A DNA stretch of 64,000 nt, taken from Antechinus flavipes (taxonomy: Eukaryota). Positions within the stretch are counted from its first letter, which is position 1, and the number at the start of each line of letters is the position of its first letter. The position numbers were made by a program, and so were the translations under genes. The DNA lies in contig NC_067398.1 in NCBI RefSeq assembly GCF_016432865.1, positions 109,678,001 through 109,742,000 on the forward strand, in the 5' to 3' direction. The notes under the pieces were generated by a model, which saw only the letters and a program-made list of their open reading frames with translations, ran no database searches and was not told where the DNA came from. Positions 41,201 to 52,751 of this stretch are shown piece after piece.

Positions 41201-41769
41201 AACAGCTGACATATTAATATCCCTTTATAGTGTACAGAACTTTTATATGCAGTTTATCTAATTTGACCTTCACAGCAATCCTGTGTAATGGCACATAATG
41301 ACAACAATAATTTGATTATTTTACAGGGTAAAGACACTTGAATTCAAAGCATACCAATAGTCACAAAGTCAGTAAATAGTAGAACCAGGACTTTTACAGG
41401 GATATTTAAATTCTATTGGTAATCAGGGGCTGAAAAAAAAAAAGATAACACAATGTTAACAACCTAATTCTATGGATCTATGACATTCAAAATGATTACT
41501 CTCCTTAAATATATATCTTTTAATTCGCAATAGGTTTTTTTGGTCATTTAATTGTCTACCTGACTTCAATTTAATTTAATACAGTAAATATTTACTAAAT
41601 AGTTAAGTAATAACTACAACTCTAAGAAATGACAATGCCTACTTTTAAGGAGTTTTCAGTATACTTGGGGAGAGAATTAAGACATATATGTCTCATAGAC
41701 ATATATAGAAATAAGGATGATATGACTTAGGGTATGAGTGAGGCAAAGGACAAATTTTGGTATGAGAGA

Positions 41770-42436
41770 AGTAATTTGTTTGGACCCCCTACTCTATTCC
41801 AATCAGTATTAATCAATTTGATAAAATCATAGTAAAGTTCTATATATAAGGTCCCAGAGTTATGACCTGAATATTCTAAGTTCACTTGCTTAACTATAGG
41901 AAATTAACCAAAAGCCCTTCACCTTTGTTTTGTCAAACTGACATGGGTGAATTCGGTAAAAATTGTGTCCCTTTTAATCTTTAAAATAATCACTGAAACT
42001 GTGTCCCCTTTGATTTGCAAAAGAAGTGATTCAGGGTCTCCTAGACTCCAGAGTCTGGGAAAAGGTATATCTTCCAGACCAGCATCATTCAATTGGAAAT
42101 TTTGGGCAAATCACCTCCCCCCTCCCACTCCAATTGAACCTTTTGGAAAATCTGATCCCCCATTCAGACTGAAAAAGCCTTCAAAGTAATTTCATTCAAT
42201 TGGGAGATCCTGGTCTGATAATTAGTTCAAACTGCCCCAAATTTGCTCATAAAATAAGTTTCTGCCAACCCATTCTTTGCAAATTTCTTCATTAAGAAAT
42301 CTGCTGCTAAGAAAGAGAAAGCTTCTTAGTGAAAAATAAACTTCCTTTTTCTGCGATTGACTTTGGGGTTTGCAAATTCTTTCCCATTTGGACCCGCATC
42401 ACCCAGCAGAGAGGGGATTCTATCTCATTCCTACAT
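41770..42436 (+). mobile_element. Solo LTR
   Basis: Repeated caattg/tgtgtccc U3-like motifs, AATAAA ~42335, U5-like gactttggggtttgcaaattctt, ends near catatca. Confidence 0.6.
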
Positions 42437-42484
42437 ATCATGATGATGATGATCAATCCCAGCTTATCAGGTGACAACTACATG

Positions 42485-42862
42485 GAATGTCTCCCAAATA
42501 TTTTTGTACCCCTGTCTCAATCACTTGTCCAACAGGAGCAGATGACCATCTTATGACCACTTAGGTCACTGACTGTGATAGCTTGTACCACTTCTTCCAA
42601 ACTAGGAAGAAATTAGGGAGAAGCCTGCTCATCTTATATGAAGATATTCTTTGCTTCACCCAACCTGTGACCCTGCTGACATGTTATTTTGTTTATTCAA
42701 CGGTGTTTGGTATTACTGTTCTGGGATGATCAGACATCTAGCCCAGGGAAAGACTGGAAGGAGATCATGAGGAAGGATCATGGACTCTTTAATAAAGTGC
42801 AACTGGCTCAGATTTCTGTTTCAGGCTTTCTTACTGTAGATGGGATAATTTAAAACCCCATA
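42485..42862 (+). mobile_element. LTR-like element
   Basis: aataaagtgcaactgg ~42791, ends gggataatttaaaacccca. Confidence 0.5.
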
Positions 42863-42904
42863 ATTAAGATACTAAATATTTGAGGGGAGAAAACACTTCC
42901 ATCC

Positions 42905-43260
42905 AGGATGATCAGGAAGGCTTTCTAGAAAAGAGATCACATAAGTTGAGCTTTGAAGGAAGAAAAAGATTCTGAAAGGTAGAAATGAAAATGAATGAAT
43001 CCCAAACATGGAAAAATGGACTTCGAAATGTATGGATACAGAAAGTGGTATTGAAATTTGGAAAACATTTAATCATCCATTTTGGTTGGAACACAGAATG
43101 AAAGAAAAGTAGCAATGTGAAACAAGGCTGTAGAAACTCTTGGAGCTTTTCTCCAACACTACCTTTACTCATCATAGGGCAATATTCCCCACTCAGCTGC
43201 TTCAGCACTTGATCTGCACACTCCCAATAGCTATGCAAATTCTCAACCTCTTTCATTCCA
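42905..43260 (-). mobile_element. L2 fragment
   Basis: gatcaggaaggctttctagaa...gttgagctttgaaggaagaaaaagattctgaaaggtagaa. Confidence 0.65.
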
Positions 43261-44462
43261 GGAAGAGTGTGGACCCACTTCCTAGGATACCAATCCCCAA
43301 ATTATTTCATGACTGTTAGTCACCCTTTAGCCAGCATGTAAAAAAGAGTCCTATACCCCCTCTACTTTTCATTTTTGTTCTGTTATTGTTCCCCTGTGGG
43401 ACAGAATAAACTAATTTGGATGAACACAGATGGATTATTCTTTACATGGTGGATCTCATTACATGATTGCTCCCACAGATCTATCCCTCTTCTAAATTCC
43501 TTAACTCTATTAAGGACATCATGCTCCTTTTCTATCTCCTGTTTCTAAACCTTGTTAATTTTGACTCTTAATTTATCATTTTGTTCTCTTCAAAGTGACC
43601 AATGATCCCAAATGCTAAAGCTGATGAGTCTTTCTTCTCTTTTCAGCAGCATTTCATATTGCTGATCACCCTTTCCTCTTGAACATTTAATCTTTCATCT
43701 TTTGCTGAAAATGATATGTATCACTTATAAAAAGCTCTCATATATGCAAAGTTAAAAAAATGGGGACCAAAACTGCCTATTTAAAAATTTTCCAAATGAA
43801 ATTTCAGTGAGTTTGACCTGATTTGTTAAAATAATAAAGATGCCAAATCTTCCCATAATTAAAAACTGTAAAAGACTGTTATCAGGAAAGATGAAAACAT
43901 ATCAATCAAATACCAACAATAACTTTGGCATAATTGGTACAAGAAATTGTGGATCTAAATGTTTGAAAATTAGTTAATTACTAAATCACACAATCATTAA
44001 AGCCTGACACTGAAATAAAATGAACTTAGAATCAGATCTTTGAAATCCCCTCTACCACAAAGTATTAAATTAAGCCTTTCAAAAATATTCAAGCAAATTC
44101 AAATTCTCTCATTAAAAATATTACCTCATTAACATCATTTGTATTATTTTAGCGAGAACAAAGAAGTTTTATGCCATTGCTAACTAAATAACATTTTAAA
44201 TATTTTATCTTTCTCATACCCTCTGGATAAATTTTAAAACATGCTTTAAGTATTCTTATTATTGAATTATACAAAATAATTATATAACTTATATAGCTTA
44301 TAAATAAGTAAACATACATATATTTCTGTAGCACACAATTCAGCCTAATTTTAAGCCACATTCTCCTATAAATCTTGATCTCTCTCAAAAGCAACACAGA
44401 TATCCCTAAGCAAAAAGGGACTATCTTTTACTTCATCTGTACCTATGACAAGCAAGTTATAA

Positions 44463-45338
44463 TGATGAGGTCTAGATTTCAGGGTTCCCAGTGAGGGAAC
44501 CAAATGATGAGGTCTAGCTTTCAGGGTTCCCAGTTAGGGAACCAAAAATGATGAGGTTAGTAGCAGGTTTGGGGTTCAGGGAACCAAAAGAAGAGGTTTG
44601 GCTCCCCTAAATCCCCCCAGGATTCAGCACAGGGTAGGAAGTTGTGGGAACCCCCTTCTGGCGGGTAAAGAGATTTACGAACCGGAATAGCTAGACTGGT
44701 AAAGAGAAGTTTATTATTGGAATTGGGAAGTCAGCCTTTACTATGCATGAATAGAAAGACTGAATTCCTTGGTGGCAAGGTCCTGACAGAGAGATATAAA
44801 ATTTCTAGTAGAGGAGTCCTGGCAGAGAAATAGAGAATTTCTAGCAGAGAAATCCTGACAGAGAAGTATAAAGTCTTTGTAGGGAAATAGGTGAGAAAGA
44901 TAAAAGAGAGGGTAACGCTGAAAGAGAGTATCATTTCAGTGGGCAGAGGTTCCTGCTATGCCAGGGAGAGAGAAGTTCCTTGGCATGTTAGGTTCTCTGC
45001 CAGGACTGAGCCCCAAGTTAGCTCATTTTATAGTTGAGGTCTTGGCTACAAGCTGGGGGTTGCTCTTGATGGGGAGTGGGTGCAGCCTGAACTGGAATTA
45101 GAATAGAGAATCTTAGAACTGAATGAGTGTCCCTAGGTTGATCTTTAATTCAATGGGAAGCTTAATAAATAGTGAGTGTTAACAACGGGGATGGTGCCCT
45201 CTCTCAGGATAACAGAATAAAGTTGTTTATCCTGTTTCTCTCAGGGTGTGGGGTCTTTTACAGAGGCCAGGATTCAAGAAGACTTTCTCCTTGAAGGAGT
45301 TTTAGAGAGTTTTCCCCCTAATCATTCCCCCCTCATCA
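44463..45338 (-). mobile_element. Complete solo LTR (ERV1-class), 876 bp, 4-bp TSD
   Basis: Inverted termini TGATGAGG...CCTCATCA, TSD ATAA both sides, minus-strand TATA (ttttatag ~45027) and AATAAA (tttatt ~44711). Confidence 0.9.
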
Positions 45339-45465
45339 ATAATGGTATTATGGGGTCATGGGAGCAACAAGATAGAGGATTAGACCCTTTTTTTTTTTTT
45401 TTCCAATTTCCCACAACTTCTCAAATCTCCCAAAACATAATTTGCAATAGATAAAAACAACTCTA

Positions 45466-45600
45466 GGAAAAGCTTCTTAAACTGTGGGTCGCAACCATAA
45501 CTGAACATGGAAGCTGCAAAATTATGATTTATTATCAGTAAATTTGTAGTCCTATTTTATATACTCACATACCTGGAGTAGCAGAAAAATTTTCAGGTGG
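45466..45600. mobile_element. Marsupial hAT MITE fragment (OposCharlie-like)
   Basis: agcttcttaaactgtgggtcgcaacc...aaaattatgatttattatcagtaaat. Confidence 0.45.
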
Positions 45601-47930
45601 TCTAGAACATTGAGAATACAAAAGGACTCTCACTGACCCCTCTCTCATCTCCCACATTACAAGCAGTGAAGCTGCACTAGCAAGCCCAATACTCCACATA
45701 TATGTCAGGGCTTGTAACAAAAACAAACCCCACTCCATTGCTGTTCCTTCCTTTATAGAGTGACCTGGGTTCAAAGGTGCAGAAATTTGCTCAGAGACCC
45801 CCAACCAGTGAGACAGGTAACAGCCTTTCAAAAGCAAAAGCTTGCTAAGGCCTCAAAACCTGTAATACCACTGAAACAAAGTTCTAAAATGGCTATGTTG
45901 GGAATTGTCTGCCCCAGCACAGAAGTTTTCTGAAACAGGACAGGACACTGTGTGTGGGTGAGAGGAGGAGGTGAAGAAAGTATTGTAGAGCATTCCATTA
46001 ATCCTGAGAGAAAGAGCTCAGCATCCAACTAGGGCCAATTCTAACCATTCAAAAGTCACTTGTGGTGGAGACTTGGGCTGGGGAACTAAGAATAGCAAAG
46101 CAGGGGAGGAGGATGTGATGCTTTGAAATCCAGTCTCCAAGGAAATAACAATTAGTGAGGACAGTAAGAAAGAGAAGAGTAAAAAAGGACAGCCAAAGAA
46201 CTCAGGAAAATGAAAATTCAAAATCCTTCAATATACACAGATACATCAAAGGGAAAATATTATTAGAAGGAAATATAGCCTCTAGATCTAGTTAATGAGT
46301 TCAAGTATCTATGAATAAATATAGCAAAACAAAGGAAAGTTATCCAACACTTGATGAGACAGAAGACTTTTTGATTGAATATTCACTTTTTAAGAATTTA
46401 AAAACAAAGAACCACAACAAACTGTTTCTGAGTGGTCAAAAGAGAAATGGGAATTATAAGAATAAAATTTATGGCCTCCACAGCAAAAATAATGAGCAGA
46501 ACAGAAAATGTAAATTTGCCAAGACAAGACCCACCAAAACAACAGATTGGGAATGAAAATATATAAAATATACAAAAGTGAAGGACAATCCAGAAGAGAA
46601 GCAAAAAATAATTAACACTAAAAGAAAATACAATTACTATGCACACAAAACATGCTCAACTTGAAGACAAGATGACCAAAGTCAGTGTAAGGATCATAGG
46701 TCTCTAAGAAGACATTGACAGAATAAAAAAAAAAAAAAAAAATGTGTAACCCCATAATGCAAAAAGTGATAGAACTCTCACATGGTGCTTAAATTAAGTT
46801 CAATAAATAACCAGAAGGAAGATCTTTAAATACAAGGGAAAGAAAATAAAATGCAAGATTATTTTGCACCCACCAGAAAACTCAGGAGGGAATGAAATAA
46901 TGCATTCCAAAGAACAATGGAGCTCAGGATGCAGCCTAAAGTAACCTATCTCTTAAATATGAGATTAAACCTATATGGAAAAAAATATGGACCTTTAATA
47001 ATAAAGCGGCATTTGAAATATTTTTAGGAAGTAAACAAGAACCAAAGAGATTATTTGCTTCTCAAAACTCCCAAACAAAAGAAATGCAGAATCAGTGAAT
47101 AAATGCAGCAAAGGCAGTAACAGAGTGACAGTAGAGAGATCATTAAAAAAATAAACAAAAACAAGAAACTCTTTCTAAATATATACAAAGAAACAGGGTT
47201 GAAAGTTGAAGTCTTATGGAGGTAACAGTAAAGAGGTCTGGAACACTAGAACACTATAGATAGAATTTAGCAATACTGCCTACGAGAGTGTGTGTATTCA
47301 AAACCATTTTGGGAAAAAATCTGGAGTAATACTAATAAAGTAACTAAAACATCCCTACTCTTTGTACTAGAAACTCCATTATTCAGATGAAATCACTTGT
47401 AAGAAAGTTCATCAAAATATTTATATAGGCATTTTTGTAAACTGGAATTAGAACCAAAGTAGAGACCCGCCAATTGGGGAACAAATAAATTACAGTACTG
47501 AATATATGGAATATTAATGTACTGTAAAAAATGAAGTATATGATGAATATAGAGAAGCATGGAAAGATCCATATGAATTTATGCAGAGTGAAGTAAGCAG
47601 AATCAAGAAAATAAGAAACATAGTAATTACAGCAATGTAAATTTAAAAACACACACACCAAAAAAAATCAAAAGTAAAGGTAACAAAGTTATAAAAGATT
47701 AAGCAGAACTCAACTGAAGAATTATGAGAGGATATTCGCAACCCACCCCTTTGAAGAAGTGGAAAGTCCATAGATGTTACATAATACATATTTTCTGACC
47801 TTTATTTTGGTCAGTTGTGCTGATTTCCCCCCCTCTTTAAAAAAAAAAATTATTATATGGGAGGACTCTGGGACAGGGAAGGGGAGGGATACTTGGGATA
47901 ACTATGATCACAGAAGATATCAATTAAAAA
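45600..47930 (+). mobile_element. HAL1 (half-L1: ORF1 only plus L1-type 3' end), decayed
   Basis: ORF1 C-terminal motif (..NAFQRTMELRMQPKVTY...GKKYWTFNNKAAFEIFL..) near 46850-47050 is followed within ~300 bp by an L1-type 3' end, with no ORF2 between. Confidence 0.7.
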
Positions 47931-48029
47931 AAGCTTTTCAAAAATGATAGACCATAGAACTTGAGAGTGAGGTGACCACAGAACTTGGGAGTCAAAGGAA
48001 ATGCATAGTGAAATGACACATAATAGGCA

Positions 48030-49440
48030 TTAAATACTTGAATTGATCTGAATGGCTTCTAATCTAATGGAAGTTATAGTGGGGAAAAAACACATATGCT
48101 TGCAAGCCACAATACATAAATTTATAAGAAGTACAAGTAAAGAGATCTGAAAGAAGAAAGATCATTAGTGACTTAAGGGAACACAGAATAAACAACTTTA
48201 ATGCGAGACTTTCAAGGATGGAGAGGAATAATCCAAAAGTAAACAGTAATTGCAGGCATAAAGAACAGCATGAACAAAAACAGAGGTTTGTAAAATAAAG
48301 GTATTTGGTAATGGCAGTAAATGGTCTAATTTGGTTGGGTCATAAAGTATGTGTAAAGAAGAAAAGCTAGACAGTTAGAACATTCCAAGAATGTGGAAAT
48401 TCTTAAATGCCAGGATAAGGAAATAAAACTACTCAGTAAGCAATATAGAACACTTGAAGGGTTTTCAGCAAAGAATGACATAACTATAAGAAAAATTAAT
48501 CTGATGATTCTACTAATGAAGAATTAAGGAGAAACAATAAACATAGATGGAGCCCTTAAGAAGATAGTTCAGACAAAGGAGTAATGAGGCCTTTGCGCTA
48601 GCTAGGATAATGACAATGGGAAAAGAATTTCAAGACTTAGTTATGTTGGAGTTAAAAACAAAAGATTTGCTAACAATCCAATAAAAAGGAAAAACAATAA
48701 AAAAGGAGCAATCAAAACATGGTAGTCATTCATTCTATGCAGTATTACTTGAATGTACTTACTAAATCATAATCATGAAACCAAGGAAGAAGGGGCAATA
48801 AAGCTACAAAGCAGTAATGGCAGATGAAGGCTTTGAGAAAGGCCACTGGATATAGAAAACATGGCCAGCTTTATGAAAATACTTTCTATAGAGCAGCTGG
48901 AATTGCCAGATTACAAGATGAAGAAGTAGTTACATAAAGAGTAACCAGATAGGGGATGAGTAGCTATAGTCATAAGTTAGAATAAAAGGGGTATGGGAAG
49001 GGTTTTTAAGGATTAAGACATCTCTATATGTTTTTTATAGATAAAGGGGGAAGGGGGAAACCAGTGAAGAACATACATTAAGGACAAATATAGGAAGAAA
49101 AAGGAAGAAATTAGGATCAAGAACACAGCTTGAGGGATTAGCCTTTGCAAAAGAGTGAAGATAACTATTCCCCTGATATATGAAAAAAGTGATGTCAATG
49201 AGATAATCTGAGAAGTTGATGGATTTATTTTCTCAGTGCAGGAGACCAAATTATCTGTTATAAACCTAAGGGTTGAGGAACTGACAGAGAAAAGATTTGT
49301 AACAGTTGCTGTTGAGAATGAGATAAATAGTAAAAGTATAAGACGATTTCCAAGCAGCAATGATGATCCAAATGAGGTTATGTTTGAAGCAGAACAAATT
49401 TTTCCCACAGAAACAATGTTATAAATTATGGTTGGTTTCA
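48030..49440 (-). mobile_element. L2 fragment
   Basis: ggctttgagaaaggccactggat...gccagctttatgaaaatacttt...gggattagcctttgcaaaagag typical antisense L2 ORF2. Confidence 0.65.
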
Positions 49441-49610
49441 CAGGTTGGTCCACAAAAGTAATACTGAACTAGTAATCCTACTAGCAAAAGTTCTGGGCCC
49501 TGAAGGGAATGGATGAAACAGTCTAGGAAAAAAAAGGAGAAAAGAACCTTCTCTTTTCTTTGTATAATCAGGCATAGATTTCAACTAGCCCTTATTTGTT
49601 ATTGTACCCA

Positions 49611-49802
49611 TTTCCTTTTTCTTTCTTCTTCTTATTTTTTTTTCTTTTCTTTTCTTTCTTTTTCTTTTTCTTTTTCTTTTTTTTGCTGAAACAATTGGAG
49701 TGAAGTGATTTGCCCAGGATCACACAGCCAGGAAGTATTAAGTGACGGGCCAGATTTGAATTCAGGGAGAGTGCTCTATCCACTTCACCAACTAGCTACC
49801 CC
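49611..49802 (-). mobile_element. WSINE1 with internal deletion and long (TTCT/TTTTC) tail
   Basis: ttttgctgaaacaattggagtgaagtgatttgcccaggatcacacagccaggaagt...actagctacccc. Confidence 0.85.
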
Positions 49803-52205
49803 AATTTTCTTTTTCTAATACCATATGAAACTGTAATTTATTAATCAGGTTAAACTAAAATATAAATCAAATAAACCCTTCCTTACTTTATAATTTCAAT
49901 TAGTATAACAAAGGAAAAGAAAAACAAATTGGGGCAAGATGGGCAAACGCATATGCAAGGCTAACTAGTGCCATCTGGAAGACTTGACTTTTAAGTCACC
50001 TTTTCCAAACTTTCTGGTTTCTTCTTTTTCTCCACTTTAAACCTCCATAAATCTACAGATTTTCCAAACTTTTTACTGTGATTCTGAGGGTAGCAACTTG
50101 GGGACTCCATCATCAAAGGGAGGCAGAGATTTATTTGTAAGGGAGCTATTTTCTGCTTGTACTAGATTGTTGAATTTATATAGTACCTTTTCTCCAAATT
50201 AATTAACTATGTATTATCATGCAATGTTTAATGAAAGGCAATGCTGGAAGGAATTATCCTGACGACAATCCTAGAATGCTATCCATTTTAGAGTGTGATT
50301 AAAGTGCCTTTCAGTTCAGTACTCTCCTCATATTAATTTTATCTAATACTAAACTGGTATTTTTTTACCATGTAATTTAGCATGAAGAAAAAAAAAAGTA
50401 GTACAGTCCAAATATTACAAAGACAATTTAACACATTCCAGCAAAATTCTAAATAAAAAAAAGTTTGTTTTTTAAACAGAGTCCAAATTATTATTTCTGC
50501 CTACATTTGTTAAGATGGGTTCCATTTTAGTCTAAAAATCTGCTTAAAATATATTTGAGCTCTCCGGGCCTCAGTTTCCACAAGAGTATAATGAGGATAT
50601 CAGAACAAATAAACTCATTCCCTTCCAGACCTAAATCTATGCTCAAAAAAAAAAAAAATCATTGTTATTCAAAATGCTAAGAGCAATATAAGTGCTTAAA
50701 CTGATGTTTACTCTGGTTTACTCCCGCTTCTAAAATCATTACAAACAGAATACATATTCACAAACCCAATCAAGCTCAGAAATTCCTATCTCAAAAAATT
50801 TAATGTTATTTATTCTGTTATTTCTGACAAAAGACTGTAAGAATAATCAGACATATATGTGATGTAACAAATTATGAAGTATCAGCATTACCAAAATCCC
50901 AAAGCCAATCTTCCCACACCATGAGGACAGTCAAGGGCATTAGACATTTAGATGGTAACATTGAGAGATTTCTGGTATTAACTTAATTGGGCCAGTTGGT
51001 TCACAAGGTCACATGACAAGAAATCATAGCCTATCTCCACACAGTTCAGTTATCTTCAAAAAAGAAAAAAAATGTTTAGCAAGTTTAAATGTTTAACACC
51101 ACCCCAGACATTGCTGGGTAGTGCCGCCTAAAAAAATAAATAAAAATAAAATAAAAAGAATGGCACATTTCTCAGTACTCTTTTTAATCCGTAGATTTCG
51201 AAAAATAGGCCTATAGCAGCTTGGGAGATTGGGAGAGGAAAATCTCATGCACGATTTATTTTCAAACTTGTTTCATTTGACCATGACAAAAGCTGTAAGT
51301 AGAACATAAATAATTAAAATTCATAGAAAATGGAAAAAATAACTTGTACATCGCTTTCCTTTAAAAAGTCTTTTTCTGGGGCTAGAATTAAGGAATGACT
51401 GGAATAATAAGGTCCCTACCTGCTATCACTCCTGTAGGAAAAAAATCTACAGAGATAAAAGTCAAAAATATATAATTGGGGGCAAAGGAAGCTCAGGAAA
51501 AAAAAAAAAAGGAACTTTAAACATTTGTATATTTATCAACCATTCCTTTTTAAAGGGGAGAGGGGAAGGAGAAAGCGGTCCGGTCACAATTTTCAACACC
51601 AAAGTTATGCCAGAGATAAAATGCTTGCTATTTGACATTCCATCACCCACCTAAGGTTCACCCAACTCCAACTCCAATCCCATTGCAGAGGAAAGCTGGG
51701 GGAGCATGTCCCCCGGCCATTTATTTTAAACTGCTTAAAAAAAAAAAAAAAAAAGAAAAAAAGTTCAGTCGGACTTTGTCAATGTTTTTGGTACCACACA
51801 GTCGGAGCTCAGGCAGGGTGGGTGCAAGTTGAGTTGACACCGACGAGCTTTCTCCTAAAAGTGGAAATGTCCGAGGACAGCAAAGAACCACTTTTTTTTT
51901 TTTTTTTTTTTTTTAAGTCCAGCCTGGGATATTCCCTCTCCGCCTCCTCCTCCCCCTTCTACCTAGCGTCCATCCCCCAGTTGGACTAGGTAGACAGGAA
52001 AAGGGAGGAGGAAACTGGGAGTTTCCCCGACTCTCCTTTAAACAGGTATAGAAGGGCAAGAGGTGCGCGGGGAAAATTAACACAGGGAAAGGCAAGATGC
52101 GTGGGCTTGGGGAATGTTGCAGCGGGGACGGAGGGGGTCGAGGACGGATTTGGGGAAGATCCCCAGGAGGAGGAGCGGAGCGAGAAGGGAGGGCTCAGAA
52201 GTTCG

Positions 52206-52243
52206 GGGGTAGGTACTTAGTCCTGGGGTAGGTACTTAGTCCC
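52206..52243. repeat. 19-bp tandem duplication in RIC1 intron 1
   Basis: GGGGTAGGTACTTAGTCCT / GGGGTAGGTACTTAGTCCC. Confidence 0.95.
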
Positions 52244-52375
52244 GGGGCAGGCTGTGAGGGGAAGGAGGGAGGAAGGGATCCCGGCCGCGGAGGGATTTAG
52301 GGAGGGGGAAGGGGGAGGAGACAATGGAGGAGGGAACGGAACCGGGCTGGTGGCGGGGTACCCCCCGGGACTTAC

Positions 52376-52519
52376 TCGGCTGTACCAGATGCTGAGGTGG
52401 GCTGGGGCCAGCACTGCGAAGAAGGCTCTCTGTGAGTCGGTCTGGATGTGAAAGGGAGGCTCCGCCGGACTCCCCACGGGGCAGAGCAGCCTCTTGGGCC
52501 AGCCGCTCAGGAAATACAT
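52376..52519 (-). CDS. RIC1: RIC1 coding exon 1 (48 codons)
   Basis: Translates [48 protein letters not shown], recognisably the RIC1 N-terminus. ACCATG start with in-frame TGA 6 nt upstream; phase-0 donor CGA|GTAAGT at 52375. Confidence 0.98.
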
Positions 52520-52632
52520 GGTTCACCCCGAACCGGCCCCCGCAGTTTCGCTGCCGCCGCTTCTGCGCCGCTGAGTCGCCGGCCCAGCTTCCCTGGACCC
52601 TTCCCCACCCCCACCCACCCCCCCTCTCACAC

Positions 52633-52704
52633 TCAGCCCCTCGGGGCCGGACCCCCGCCTCCCACACCGGTAGCGGCACCGGCGACGGTGGCTGCTCGGG
52701 ACAT
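52633..52704 (-). other. Upstream ORF (23 aa, MSRAATVAGAATGVGGGGPAPRG) in the probable RIC1 5' leader
   Basis: ATG at 52704-52702, TGA at 52635-52633; the only minus-strand ATG I found between the purine tract (~52790) and the RIC1 start. Depends on TSS lying upstream of 52704. Confidence 0.6.
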
Positions 52705-52731
52705 CTGCCCGCTGGCCGGGTCGGGCCAGGC

Positions 52732-52751
52732 CGACGCGACGCGACGCGACG
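52732..52751. repeat. (CGACG)4 CpG-dense pentamer repeat in RIC1 leader
   Basis: ccgacgcgacgcgacgcgacg read directly. Confidence 0.9.

Noticed and set aside
44463-44590. Hairpin-bearing direct repeats resembling a CRISPR array; ATGATGA resembling snoRNA box C
   Set aside because: No unique spacers, eukaryotic context, and they form the terminus of a TSD-flanked LTR; no matched box D with terminal stem.
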